From an uncultured Nitrospinota bacterium (GTDB taxonomy: Bacteria > Tectomicrobia > Entotheonellia > J063 > CAVPRW01), in the NCBI GenBank assembly GCA_963707985.1, contig CAVPRW010000031.1, positions 32,001 to 96,000 on the forward strand: 64,000 nucleotides of DNA, read 5' to 3'. Positions 52,218-64,000 of this stretch are shown here, in pieces. Each line of letters opens with the position of its first letter. Position 1 is the first letter of the stretch. A program made the position numbers and the translations under genes. Below the pieces are notes generated by a model. The model was not told the origin of the DNA and ran no database searches. It worked only from the letters and a program-made list of their open reading frames with translations.

Positions 52218-52742
52218 TCAGTTTGCCACCGACTGCTCACCCAGGCCGAGGTGATCCGAACGATTCTCCGCCATCGAAAGCGCGTGGCCGGCCCGCCACC
52301 GTTCGTGCGATCGCCGAGAGATGCCGGGGAGGGCGGGCGTCGGCTCACACCGCTCGATCCGGCGCACGAGGCCCAACACGGCCTCCTGGAGGGGAACCGC
52401 CAGTCCCAGGTCATGCGCCTTACGCACCAATAGTCCGTTCGTGTATTCGATCTCGGTGCGACGTCCCCGCAGCAGATCCTGCGCGACCGAGGGGCGTTCC
52501 CGCTCCGTCACACGGCCGAGCTGCGCCGTCAGGCTCCGGTTGATGGCCATGGCCGATTCCGAGTCACCCTGGGCTGCCGCCATCCACACCCCCGACTCCG
52601 CCCCATAGATCGGTACGAGCGCATAGCCCAGTGATTGGCCGACACGAATGCCCTCGGCGGCCAGCCCGACCATGACCGGTCTCAGGACATCTCCGCCTAA
52701 CAGGGCATGGCTGGTGAGGCCCGTTGCCGCCGGGTAACACAT
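52218..52742 (-). pseudogene. Ketopantoate-reductase-family C-terminal fragment
   Basis: RPSVAQDLLRGRRTEIEYTNGLLVRKA; no Rossmann N-terminus. Confidence 0.65.
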
Positions 52743-52881
52743 TGCTTGATAAAAAGGGCATTGTCAACGTATCGACAAGCCTATACAACCTCCGCCTGAT
52801 GTGGCATAGTCATCCCTCAACCAGGGTTCCTTGTGAGAGGAACGCCCTCTCCTCATCTCGATAGGCCCTCTTGGGGCTGCT

Positions 52882-53130
52882 ATGAACGCATCCGCACCAC
52901 TTAACCCATACACACACCATTGCTTTCCGACCGAGATCATCAGCCATGGCGTCTGGCTCGACGACCGCTTCTGCCTGAGCGACCGCGACGTGGAAGAGCT
53001 CCCGTTTGCACGGGAGATCAGTGTGACGTATGAAGCCATCCGAAAGTGGTGCCGGAAATTTGGGCGACAGTGTGCGAATCAGCTGCGTCGCCGGCGCCCC
53101 AGACCTGGTGACACAAGGCACCTGGACGAG
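52882..53130 (+). mobile_element. IS6-family transposase remnant
   Basis: FPTEIISHGVWL..LSDRDVEEL..VTYEAIRKWCRKFG..RPRPGDTRHLDE. Confidence 0.8.
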
Positions 53131-53296
53131 CGGTCGGTGGCGAGCAGTCCTTCGGTGCCACCTAGGCGGTCGTCATGCGGAATGCCGCCACCCAGGTTAC
53201 CGAGGTGGTCATCCCCCATGCCGGCCACTGGCTCATGGAGGAACAACCCGCCGCGACCATGACCGCCATCCGCACCTTCCCAGACGCCCCGCAGTG
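53131..53296 (+). pseudogene. Alpha/beta-hydrolase C-terminal fragment
   Basis: VVIPHAGHWLMEEQPAAT. Confidence 0.55.
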
Positions 53297-53624
53297 ACCA
53301 ACTGCGTGGGGAACCGCCAGCACCGTCCCGCATAGGCCTGCCGGTCGGCCTCGTTAAACACTCAGATGCGTGGAGGAATCGACCTGGTGTGTTCGACCGT
53401 CTATGGCTGATGATCATCAGGCCCTCCAGACTCTGAATCACCCAGACTGCACGCGGTCGACCTCGGCAGTCCGCCTCGTAGGCGAGCAGGCCATCCTTGA
53501 GCGTCTCGATCAACCGGAGGCGGTCGCGACAGCGACGGTAGCGTCGCTTCTGAGGGACGCGTGGCCGAATATCACACACCTGATCTTCCGGTGTATCCTG
53601 AAAGAGCTTACTCGAATGTATCGG

Positions 53625-55581
53625 TTATGCCTTCAAGGTGTCCAGGGCTTCTCGCACGTGTCCCAGAAGGGTAGTTGGTGTGAAGGGTTTTTGAAGAAAC
53701 AGGCGGTGCTGCGCGGAAATGCCATAGCGTATAATAATGTCTGGAGCATAGCCCGACATATAAATGACCTGCATTTCCGGCCGTGTGGAGACCAACTGGT
53801 CTGCCACTTCAGGACCACTGAGCCCAGGGAGCACCACATCGGCCAACAACAGGTGGATGGGTCCTCGATGGGCGCGGCTCATTTGCAGGGCTTGTTCACC
53901 GCTAGTCGCCTCTAAGACCCTATATCCCGTGGCATGGAGAACCTGTCCCACCAAATCGCGCACGACCTGTTCATCCTCAACCAGCAGGATCGTTTCATCA
54001 GCATGGGGAGAGGGTTTAGGAGTAGGCTCAACCTTGATCTCTTTGACGGGGGCATCTACACGGGGCAAATGGATGGTGAAGGTAGTGCCGACCTTTGGGG
54101 TACTCTCCACCTGCATGTTGACCACCATTCTGATTGACGATACCATACACGGTGAACAGGCCAAGCCCAGTCCCTTTGCCCGGTTCTTTCGTGGTAAAAA
54201 ACGGTTCGAAGATGTGCGTTTGCGTCTCCGTGTCCATCCCCGAGCCGGTATCGCTTACGATGAGACGGATATATTCACCTGGCGCCATTCCCCCCAGCCG
54301 GCTGGCCAGCGCTGCATCCACCTCCATATTCACGGCTTCGAGGATGAGACGGCCGCCTTGCGGCATCGCGTCCCTGGCATTCACTGCCAGGTTCAGAATG
54401 ACCTGCTCAAGCTGCCCGGAATCGGCGGTCACCTGCCCGAGCTCCGGAGCCACTGAAGCGATCAACTCGATGTCCTCCCCGAGCACGCGTCGCAGGATGG
54501 GGATGATATTGCGAATGATACCTCCGAAATCCAGCACCTGAGACTGGAACGATGGCTTGCGACTGACGGTCATAAGTTGACGTGTGAGTATCGCCCCTTG
54601 CTCGGACACATTTTTGATTTCCTGGACATATCGGCATAGTGTGCGTTGCCGCGTCAGGCGTCTCTGCAACATATCACTATAGCCTGAAATCACTTGCAGC
54701 AAATTGTTGAAGTCATGGGCAATGCCGCCAGCCAATCGTCCGATAGCCTCCATTTTCTGGCTCTGACGTAGGGGCTCATCGAGACGTCTGCGTTCGGTGA
54801 TCTCCTGCCCAGCCCCATAGACTCGTATGACATGTCGCTCGTGGCTGTCACGCACCGGACACGTATAGTCACGGAACCAGCGCTCTTCACCACGCCGTGT
54901 GATGATGCGAAATTCGCTGATGTCGGTTTGCCCCATGAGCCAACGTGGTGGACGCTGCAAGATGATAGACAAATCCTCGGCATGAATGAAGCTGGTCCAG
55001 CCGCCATGGCAAGTAAGCGCTTCAAGCGTATACCCAGTGATAGCCGTAAAGCCCTCATTCACCCATTCACAAACCATGCTCCCGTCAGCGTTGATGTGCA
55101 GGAGATACGCATAATCGGACGTGAGCTCTGAGAGCATGCGATAGCGCTGTTCATCGGCTCTCAGAGCTTCGAGCGTGTGCACATCTTGCTGGCAGCGCTT
55201 GGCTTGCTCTACACTATCTCGGATCGCTTTCAGCAGACGCTGAAGATGCCGCTTCGACACGTAATCATTCAACCCCGCCTTCATCCCGGCGGCAATCGCG
55301 TCCTCGTGACTCGCCGAGCTCACCCAAATGACAGGCGTATGAGGAAAGCGCCGGCGAATCGTCTTGAGCACTCGGAGTCCATCGCTCCACTGGAGCCGAT
55401 ATTCGCTCACCACAACATCGAAGGGATATTGGGCAATAGCCTTGTCCAAATCCTGTTTGCCGGTGATCTCATGCACCACGGCTCCTGGGAATCCTTTCCG
55501 CAGCCGGTGTGCAAGGCGTTTTAGGTCATCGGGATCGTCATCGATGAGCAGAAACTGCAGGGGTGGGGTGTCACACATCAT
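53625..55581 (-). CDS. Hybrid sensor kinase REC-PAS-HisKA-HATPase-REC; frameshift near 54120
   Basis: LLIDDDPDD, FIHAEDL, GIAHDFNNLL, NLAVNARDAM, EPFFTTKEPGKGTGLGL, then ILLVEDE..LQKPF. Confidence 0.88.
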
Positions 55582-55884
55582 GGGCTCACCTGTTCCCCTC
55601 TGGCAATCTTGCGCCATGAGGGATCGCCGAGGTCCAGGACGAGAATGTGATACAATGATTGACTCCACAGAGATGCGTCTTGCTCTCTCATGAGAAAACA
55701 AATATCCCATCATAACGGCAAAAATTGCAAATAATTTTTAATGAATGAGGTAAATCAAGGCAACGCAAGGTCATCGACATCCCAGAGACCAAATTGTCCT
55801 TGACGCACAAGGAACCAGCAGATGACACAGCCAGATTCACCCGCGTCAAACCGAGATGATCACAGACACGAACGAACGCCAACA

Positions 55885-57579
55885 ATGCACCCGGGTTCCA
55901 TCATCGCTGAGGCCGTGGTCAACTCCGGCCGGTGGCTCTGTAATGTTGTCGCCGGGTTTTCATCTGTCCCTGACTTTGTCCTCCTCCACATCGCGGGCAG
56001 GCTCCCAGAGCACCATGTCCACCCCCAAGGCTGGCGCGGCTGGCTGCAACGTCGCTTTAAACCACCGCGGGAGAGTTTGCAGGTGTGGAGCGAACGCTTG
56101 CAACTGCTGGCCGACGATCCGCAGGTGAAGGGCATCATCGTCACCATAGGCGACCTGCAGGCGGGGCTGCCGGCGCTCGAGAGCCTGCGGCGAAATCTGT
56201 TGGCGTTTCGGACCTCAGGTAAACGTCTGATCGCCTTCCTGGTGACAGCCAACATCTACACCTACTATCTGGCCAGCGCGGCGGATACGCTGATAGCCCC
56301 GGAGAGCGCGGAATTTACCCTCCATGGCCTGCGTACGGAGGCAACATTTGTGCGGGCGGCGTTAGATCAGTTGCATATACGTCCACAGTTCCACCATATC
56401 GCCGAGTATAAATCCGCCGCGAACCGCCTACTCTATGCCTCAATGCCCGAGTCACAGCGCGAGATGCAGACGGCGTTGCTCGAAAGCATGTTTGAGGAGG
56501 TGCTCGGCACTATTGCTCACACCCGCCGGCAGCCGATCGAAACCATCCGGCAGGCCGTTGATCAGGGATTGCTCTCGGCCGCGGAGGCACATGCACGCCA
56601 CTTACTGGACGCCATCGCGTACGACGATGAGCTTTCCTCATCACTGAGCCAAACAGGCAAACCCCTGAGCATCGCTCCCTGGGGACGCGCTCGACAGCGA
56701 ATCAGGCGGCCGTATCATTGGCATTCTCTAGAACGTCATGCCATCGGGATCGTTCAGCTCGTCGGCACCATCGTCCCAGGCGAGAGTCATGACCTGCCGC
56801 TGCCGTTGCCGCTGGTGGGTCAGCAACTGGCTGGTCACGAGACTATCGCGCAAGCGCTGCGACGCGCCGAGTCGTCGTCACGCATCAAGGGAATTGTCTT
56901 CTATGTCGACTCGCCAGGCGGATCGGCAATCGCCTCGGACCTTATCTGGCATGAGGTGAGCCGCGTGCAGCGCAGGAAACCCGTCGTCGTCTGCATGGGC
57001 AACGTAGCCGCCTCAGGCGGCTACTATGTGGCGTGTGGAGCCCAGCATATCGTGGCTGGTGCCACCACCTTAACGGGCTCGATCGGTGTCATCGCCGGGA
57101 AGATCGACTGGCACGGCCTCCTCGAAAAGGCCAGCATCCACCGCGAGATCATCCGCATTGGGGCCACCGCAGCAATGCCTTCGCCCTTCGCCTCCTATTC
57201 CGACCAGGAATGGGAGCTACTACGCCGCTGGATGGATGAAATTTATCAGCGCTTCAAGGCACGGGTCGCAGCGGGAAGGGGACAATCGGTCGAGGCCATC
57301 GAGGAAGTCGCCCGTGGGCGTGTGTGGACCGGTCGCCAGGCACTAAGCCTCGGCCTCATCGACGAGGTCGGGGATATGGCGGTGGCAGTACGCAAAGCCA
57401 AAGAGCTGGCGCAGATTCCGTTGCACGCCGACGTCCCCATCATGATGGTGCGTCCAACCAAAGCTGCGCCCTGGCCGTCTGTGGCGCCAGCCGCGTGGGA
57501 GCCAGCACTGAGGAGCCTGCGGCAACTGTGGACCGAGCATGCCCTGGCGTTGATGCCACCAGAGATGCACGTCTGCTGA
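55885..57579 (+). CDS. sppA: Signal peptide peptidase SppA (two-domain S49; start may be 55822)
   Basis: EYKSAA, VDSPGGSAIASD, MGNVAASGGYYVA, TGSIGV, GRVWTG. Confidence 0.9.
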   Translation: MHPGSIIAEAVVNSGRWLCNVVAGFSSVPDFVLLHIAGRLPEHHVHPQGWRGWLQRRFKPPRESLQVWSERLQLLADDPQVKGIIVTIGDLQAGLPALESLRRNLLAFRTSGKRLIAFLVTANIYTYYLASAADTLIAPESAEFTLHGLRTEATFVRAALDQLHIRPQFHHIAEYKSAANRLLYASMPESQREMQTALLESMFEEVLGTIAHTRRQPIETIRQAVDQGLLSAAEAHARHLLDAIAYDDELSSSLSQTGKPLSIAPWGRARQRIRRPYHWHSLERHAIGIVQLVGTIVPGESHDLPLPLPLVGQQLAGHETIAQALRRAESSSRIKGIVFYVDSPGGSAIASDLIWHEVSRVQRRKPVVVCMGNVAASGGYYVACGAQHIVAGATTLTGSIGVIAGKIDWHGLLEKASIHREIIRIGATAAMPSPFASYSDQEWELLRRWMDEIYQRFKARVAAGRGQSVEAIEEVARGRVWTGRQALSLGLIDEVGDMAVAVRKAKELAQIPLHADVPIMMVRPTKAAPWPSVAPAAWEPALRSLRQLWTEHALALMPPEMHVC

Positions 57580-57583
57580 TCTG

Positions 57584-60500
57584 TCACTCCAGTGCTAGCA
57601 GCTCCTGACCGTGCAAATGACTCTTGACGGCCCCTAAGGGGCCCGTCTCAATCGGCACTCCCGAGCGGTACACGATGACCTGTTGGGTGAAGGGTGACAG
57701 ACGCGATCCGGGGGTGAGGATGCCAACCAGGTTCAGCGGATCCGCCGCAGCAACGATGGCGGTCTCGGATCCTTTCGACTGCCGACGCACAGCACGCAAC
57801 GCATCGACCGCTTCTGGAAGGGCAAACTGCTCCCCGATGAACCCGGCGACAAACCGTCCACCACGAATTTCCCCGCGCGCCTCCAAGCGACGATAGATCG
57901 GCAGAAGCACGCGCCAGGAAGGCATTGGCAACTCGCGCGCCAGCAATTCACGGAACACCACCCCATAACGGCGCAGCAATTGTCTGGCCATGGTTTCGTC
58001 ACGGAGCCGTGGAGCCTCAGCCGTCGACTGCAGCGTCCATACCGGTCGTAACAGCGACCAGCGCCCCACGGGCATCAATCGCACCGCTGGTCGACCACGG
58101 AGCCACCGCCCTGCCAGCCGTCGCGTCGGATGTCGCTTCAGATCGGGCATCAATAAAGTGCGCAGACCCGCAATACCATCCCCCGTGACCAACCCACAGG
58201 CTACCAGCTCCCACAGCCCGTCTTCGACCTGGATAGGCAAACGACCAGTGCGCTGGGCAAGGTCACTGAGAAACGACGCCCCATACTGCTTGAGGGTTTC
58301 GGCGACTTCACGAGCCGGCTCTGATAACCCAGCGATGACTTCGTCGAAGGTCCGTGAGGCGGGCTGCAGCAGCCAGGAGAGGTGTTCGCGTAGCATGAAT
58401 GCCAGCGGTGCGGCGCGCGTGGGGGCGAGCACACGCCCTGCCGATTTCCTCCGGTCGTGTGCCGGTGGTTGCGGCTCCTCCACCGCCTCCGCCTGCGCCC
58501 GCAGCCCAAGTCGTCCCCAACTCACCTCTCCGGCCAGGCAGAGATCCTCCAGGATGGATGGGTCGTAGCGCCCGATGCGGGCAGGAAAAATGTGGGCTTC
58601 CCAGGCAGGGGCCGGCAATTCAAGCCCCTGAAGCTGGCCGATGATGTGCACGAGCCCGGTCCGTCCATGGAGTTGCGTGCCAGGATGGACATGTTGCCAG
58701 CGCAACAGGAACCGAATGAAGTCGGCCGCCGAGACGGGCTCGATTTCGCGCCGCAAGCGACCGATCGTCAAACGGTGGATGCGAGCCAGCAGCCCACGCT
58801 CACACCATTCCTCCGTCTCGTCTGCCCTGGCCCGGCGTGAACCGCCCGCGTAGAACCGTGCCGTTGGCCTCAAGCGCCAGCATCGCAGCCTCGACACGCC
58901 GCACCGAGAGACCCAAACGCGTCGCCAGCGCCGGTACCGTCGTCGGTCCAAGACATTCCATCCACCCTTGCACGATCATTCGCAGCGCCTCTTCCGCGCT
59001 GAGCTCTTCGTGGGCTCGGCGCCGCAGGGCTGGAGGTTCAATAGCCGGCTGCGACACCATCTCGGCAATAGCGAGTTGCACGAGCGGTAGACGTTCGGCA
59101 GCGACATAAGCTTGACAGGGCAGTGAAGCCCCGTGGAGATGCCACTGAGCCAGGGTCGCACGGCCGTCCTGCACCAGCTCCTGGGCGTACGATTGCCAGA
59201 TACGCGCGGCCTCGACTGGCAAAATGCCGACGCTGAGCAGGACGTCATGGAATTCTTCCACATCTCGGACATCCGGCCAGGCTTGCGCGCACACCTCGTC
59301 GATGGCCGCTTGATCGAGGGCACCGATGCCACCAGCCAGGTCCGGATCGGTGCGTCGCAACGATACTGCCCGGGCACGACGCTCCTCCAGCGGGGCATCA
59401 TCGAGGAAGGCATAGGGGTTCGCGTTAAGGATCTCATGAGTCATCGGCGACGGAAGAGGGGTATCGATCGCCAAAGTGCGAATCCCCCCCTGCTCGATAG
59501 TGGTCAACAGCGCCCGCAGTCCGTCGAGGTCCATGGCCTCATGCAGGCAGTTGGCGATGGTTTCATTGACCAGCGGGTGATCGGGGGGATCAATCGGCCC
59601 GGCATGGTTGTCCTGGCAGCCCAATTGTGCTGGGAAGACCGCGGCTAGCAAATCTTGCGCACGCATGCGCTGGATGGCGACCGGTACCCTCTTGCCCCCT
59701 TGATGGCGCAAAATGGCTAGAGCTCGGCCGCTATTCCAGCGCCAACGATTCTCAAACATTGGGGCCGCCAAAGCTGCCTGAATGAGATCACGCTCCAGGG
59801 TCGTCTCGCGCACCATCGCGAAGACATTCTCGAGTGGAAAACTGTGCTGGGCTCCTAATGATAAGATGATCCCATCGTCAGTGGCGGCGGCCTGAAGCTC
59901 GAAATCGAACGTCAAGCAGAAGCGCTTCCGTAGGGCCATGCCCCAGGCGCGGTTGATACGCCCCCCAAAGGGCGCATGCAGTACCACTTGCATGCCTCCA
60001 GCTTCGTCGAAAAAACGCTCGGCCACCACCACGTGCTGGCTTGGCACCACCCCCAGCACCGCCAGCGTTAACGTCAGATAGGCGACGATTTGCTGGGCGC
60101 CAGCTGAGTCGACACCGGTTTCGCCCTGGAGCCACGACACAGCGGCCGTCGGCTCGGCCAAGCGCGCCGCGACCTCTTGACGCAACTCAGCCACCGCTTG
60201 GGACAGCTCGGCCGTACGCGCGGGAGCCTCGCCAAGCCAAAAAGGAATCGTGGGGGGCGCCCCTTGCGCATCTTCCACACGCACACGTCCGGATTCCACG
60301 CGGCGGATGCGCCAGGAACGGTTGCCGAGCAGGAAAATGTCCCCGGCGAGGCTTTCGACGGCGAAATCTTCGTTGACGGTACCGACAAAAGTCTCCGCCG
60401 GCTCTTCGATGACGTCGTAATCAGCAGTGTCGGGGATCGCCCCGCCACTGGTAATAGCCGCCAACCGCGCTCCACGCCGGGCGTGGATACGAGCATGCAC

Positions 60501-61931
60501 GCGATCCCAGTGGATCAGGGCAGTGCCGCGCCCCCGCCGAGTGCTGACCCCTTCGGCCAGGATTTCTAGAACAGCCTCGAAATCATCCCGCTGTAAGTGC
60601 CGATAGGGATACGCCCCGCGCACCAGCTCCCATAGGGCCGCCTCGGTGATTTCCGTACTGGCAGCGGTGGCTACGATTTGTTGCGCCAGAATGTCGAGCG
60701 GGGCACTTGGCAGCAGCACACGATCTAACACGCCGCGCCGTACGGCCCAGACTGCGGCCGCGCACTGTACCAGTTCATCACGTGTCATGGGGAACAGGAT
60801 GCCCTTGGGAATGCCCCCAACGCCATGACCAGAGCGGCCGACCCGTTGCAACAGGGTCGCCAGGGCACGCGGAGCACCGAGGTGGCAGACCAAATCGACA
60901 TGTCCAATGTCGATGCCAAGCTCCAACGAAGCGGTGGCCACCACCACCGGGAGGGCTCCGCTTTTCAACCCTTCTTCGGCCTCCAGACGCAACTGCCGTG
61001 AGAGACTGCCGTGGTGGGCGGCCACGCGCCCTTCTCCCAGGCGTGTAGTCAGTTGGTGCGCCACGCGCTCTACCAGTCGTCGTGTATTCACGAAGACCAG
61101 CGTGCTGCGGTGCTGCTGCACCAGCGCCATGATACGATCATAGACTTCGCCCCACATTTCATGACTGGCGATCGGACCTAGCTCCTGATCGGGCACTTCG
61201 ATCTGCAGCTCCATGGTGCGGCGGTGTCCCATATCCACGATAGCGCACTGGGGAGAGGCGTCAGGAGCGATATGATCAGTGCCCACGAGGAGGCGAGCGA
61301 TATCATCGATCGGCTTCTGGGTGGCGCTCAGACCGATGCGCTGCAGTCGTCGCCCAGCGAGTGCGTCGAGACGCTGTAGGGATAGCGCCAAATGCGCTCC
61401 GCGCTTATCCCCGGCGATGGCATGGATCTCATCCACAATCACCGTCTCGGCGTGGGCCAGGGCTTGCCGGCTACGCTCGGCCGTGAGCAGAATATACAGG
61501 GACTCGGGTGTAGTGATCAGGATATGCGGCGGTCGGCGCACCATCGCTTGCCGTTCGCGCGCAGGGGTATCGCCAGAACGCACCGCCGTGCGAATGTCAG
61601 GCAGCTTCAGTCCGTCATCGGCCGCACGTCGCAAAATCTCGGCCAGCGGCTGTTGCAAGTTTTTCTGGATATCGTTGCCGAGGGCTTTCAATGGAGAGAC
61701 ATATACAACATAGATGTGGTCGCCGAGGGAGCCCGACAATCCCTGCGTCACCAGGCGATCGATCGACCAGAGAAACGCCGCGAGCGTCTTACCCGAGCCA
61801 GTAGGTGCGGCGATTAACGTATGACCACCTGTGGAGATGTGCTGCCATCCAGAGGCTTGTGGGGGTGTGGGATGCTCAAAACGCTCCCTGAACCAGCGGG
61901 CAACCAACGGGTGGAAAGGAATATTCAGCAT
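57584..61931 (-). CDS. lhr: Lhr-family DEAD/DEAH helicase; frameshift near 58825
   Basis: APTGSGKT, SPLKALGND, VDEIHA, LSAT, HHGSLS, LELGIDIG, QRVGRSGH, C-terminal GEIRGGRFVAGFIGEQFALPEA. Confidence 0.9.
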
Positions 61932-62074
61932 AGCAGGCGATGCCTCTCCAACTTCATGATGAGCCCAGCACTGGAGAAATATCTGAGATTCTCGGTCATA
62001 GATTGGTGTGAAGGACATCGTCACTGTAGCATTGGGTTCAACATTTCGCCTATAAAATCTTAGTCACGCCCGAA

Positions 62075-63280
62075 CTAGTGTACACCAGCGGTCATGCGGC
62101 CCACGGAGAAGGTCAAGGTCGTGGACGTACCCCCATCGCGACTCCGATCGACAGTAATCTGCCCGTCAAGATTGTGGAGGACCGTCTGGGCAAACTCCAA
62201 AGCCTGCTGGCTTTCAGGTGTGAGAGCTTGTCTCAGCAGTATTCCAATGCCAGCTTCGTGCTCTATCGTACAGGGTTGGCAAGGGTCATCGGCAAGGCTG
62301 ACCACAACCACCTGTCCTTCAGCTTCGCCCACGGCCGAAGTACGCACGATGAGCCCGCCGCCGGGACGAAGTGTGTCCATGGCGTGTCGAAGCAGACAGA
62401 GGAGAGCGATGCGGAAGTCGGAGGCTCTACCAAGAACCGCCGGCACCGGCTGAAGATCCGCCCTCAGGTCGACAGGAACACGCCGCTGACGGAAACCCTG
62501 AAACCATCTCGACCGGGCGATCTGTAGGCTATCGCTGACTAGTTGATTGATATCAACCAGCACCATACCGCCCTCATGGTCACTACTCATGAAGCCGTGG
62601 ATGTGGCGAATCAATTGGTAGGCCTCAAGGGTCGCGTGCTCGGCCTCCATCAGGTGTCGCAATACACGCTGATCATGAAGATTGTGCAAGAGCATATCGA
62701 CTCGACCGCCAATCACGGCCATCGCATTATTGAGGTCGTGAATAATTCCTGAGACAAAGACATTCAGGAGATGCATCCGCTCCTGCTGAACAGCCAGGTC
62801 TGCGCTGATTGTTGCGGGCCGTCGAGCCTCTTCGCCCGCACACGTGGGCGGGAATTGTAACCGTTCGAGAGTGGATACGGCAAATCGAACTAATAGGTGA
62901 AAAATCGCGGCCTCGAAGCGACTCACGCGTCGGAAGCGTTGTGAGCCGGCCGCAATCATACCCACCATCTTGCCATGGACGCAAAGCGAAGCGGCCAGTG
63001 TGGCGCGATAACCCAGTTTGTGGAGGCGTCGTGCGATGGTGCGTTCTCCATTCACAGAGATCTTCAGACGTTGAAGACGAGCGGCCACCGGTGCTAGAGC
63101 ACCCTCTGTACGATATAAATGTGACTGCCCTCCATTGACAGCCACCCAGACGAAAGCGGCCTCCATGTGGAACATATCTCGTATGTGGGCGAAGAGCGTG
63201 CTGAGCAGCATGTCAACATTGGCACATGTCGTAAAGGCTTCCAGAGCGCCATCGAGATGTTCGAGGTCCTGGAGTCGCAT
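62075..63280 (-). CDS. GAF-like + histidine kinase with degenerate ATPase domain
   Basis: GIIHDLNNAM H-box; N box reads LLRHAMD; G boxes eroded. Confidence 0.7.
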   Translation of the reverse strand: MRLQDLEHLDGALEAFTTCANVDMLLSTLFAHIRDMFHMEAAFVWVAVNGGQSHLYRTEGALAPVAARLQRLKISVNGERTIARRLHKLGYRATLAASLCVHGKMVGMIAAGSQRFRRVSRFEAAIFHLLVRFAVSTLERLQFPPTCAGEEARRPATISADLAVQQERMHLLNVFVSGIIHDLNNAMAVIGGRVDMLLHNLHDQRVLRHLMEAEHATLEAYQLIRHIHGFMSSDHEGGMVLVDINQLVSDSLQIARSRWFQGFRQRRVPVDLRADLQPVPAVLGRASDFRIALLCLLRHAMDTLRPGGGLIVRTSAVGEAEGQVVVVSLADDPCQPCTIEHEAGIGILLRQALTPESQQALEFAQTVLHNLDGQITVDRSRDGGTSTTLTFSVGRMTAGVH

Positions 63281-63778
63281 CGAGTTCTCCCACCGCGGCG
63301 CAAGCGCGTCTATGACTCACAAGCAACAGTTCACCAACGAGGCATATAAAGGTTAAGACGTAGGTACATCGCCCCTCATCTCACAACTTTCTCCGAAATC
63401 CAGGATGGCCGCAGCGGCTTTGCCGCCATCTTCAACTTCTGAGCCACCATCCTATGATAGCACCGTAGGAAAAATGCCGTTGTTAAAGGTCCTAACAGAT
63501 GACCCTCCACCCAAGCCCGTGCCTATCGAGGGACATGCTGCAGCATCACTTCAGGTCCACCAGTCATGGCCATCCGATCATGCCATGGATAAGGACTGTC
63601 TGCGGCAAATACTCACCGCTGAACCTTGTCTGAGGCTTCGATAGAACATCCAGCAGCGTTCCCGCTATTCCCGCTATGGCTGAATATTGCAGGGAAGCTC
63701 CGGCAGGGCTTCAATTGACTTTCCCCAGTACCCCGGCTACCATAAGCAGGTCAAAGAGCGCACAGAGGAGGTGCTGTT

Positions 63779-64000
63779 GTGGCAACACAGACGCAAACAT
63801 ACCATGAAGAGGACCTCGGAACAGGCCTCGGTCAACCATGGATGGTGATCCTGTTCAACGATGAGGTGCACGCCTTCGAGGAAGTTATCACCCAGGTACA
63901 AAAGGCAACGGGATGCAGTTCGTCGGAGGCCTTTCAAATTACCTATGCAGCCCATTCTAATGGGCAAGCAGTGGCTTATGTCGGCGACAAGCCACAGTGT
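63779..64000 (+). CDS. clpS: ATP-dependent Clp protease adaptor (runs off window end)
   Basis: GAGGAGG RBS, GTG start; WMVILFNDEVHAFEEVITQVQKATGCS..AHSNGQAVAY. Confidence 0.85.
   Translation, partial: MATQTQTYHEEDLGTGLGQPWMVILFNDEVHAFEEVITQVQKATGCSSSEAFQITYAAHSNGQAVAYVGDKPQC

Noticed and set aside
12895..61931. Programmed frameshifting or mass pseudogenisation in phoD, dppC-like, PDT-PDH, hybrid kinase and lhr
   Set aside because: Scattered 1-nt indels in otherwise undegraded genes without obvious slippery motifs fit uncorrected sequencing error better
1..64000. CRISPR array, tRNA/rRNA genes, prophage, second VR copy
   Set aside because: None recognised by eye in this window

Overview
GC-rich bacterial chromosomal window of housekeeping and metabolic genes mixed with many IS and gene remnants. 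The gene style is reminiscent of Candidatus Tectomicrobia, but this is inference only. The standout is a complete diversity-generating retroelement (DGR) on the minus strand (about 3855-8623), ordered target gene, HRDC accessory gene, reverse transcriptase, template repeat (TR). TR (3990-4114) and the variable repeat (VR, 5786-5910) align without gaps over 125 bp. All 13 mismatches fall at TR adenines on the coding strand. The target looks like a membrane-spanning sensor: DUF4062/TIR-like domain, STAND (nSTAND1-like) NTPase, TM helix and a hypervariable FGE-type C-type-lectin domain. Other notable items are a UGSC selenoprotein with in-frame UGA and SECIS-like hairpin, which the ORF track splits in two, and a cobalamin riboswitch upstream of a truncated bluB and an unknown beta-barrel-like gene. 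There is also a ~200-bp palindromic element with an IHF-consensus site, attC-like half-sites flanking a DUF433/PIN toxin-antitoxin pair, a phosphate-starvation cluster with 11-bp Pho-box-like repeats, a csp-rpsU-infC module and a PDT-ACT-PDH fusion. Many otherwise intact genes carry single-base frameshifts, probably long-read assembly errors. All family assignments come from motif recognition by eye, not database searches.
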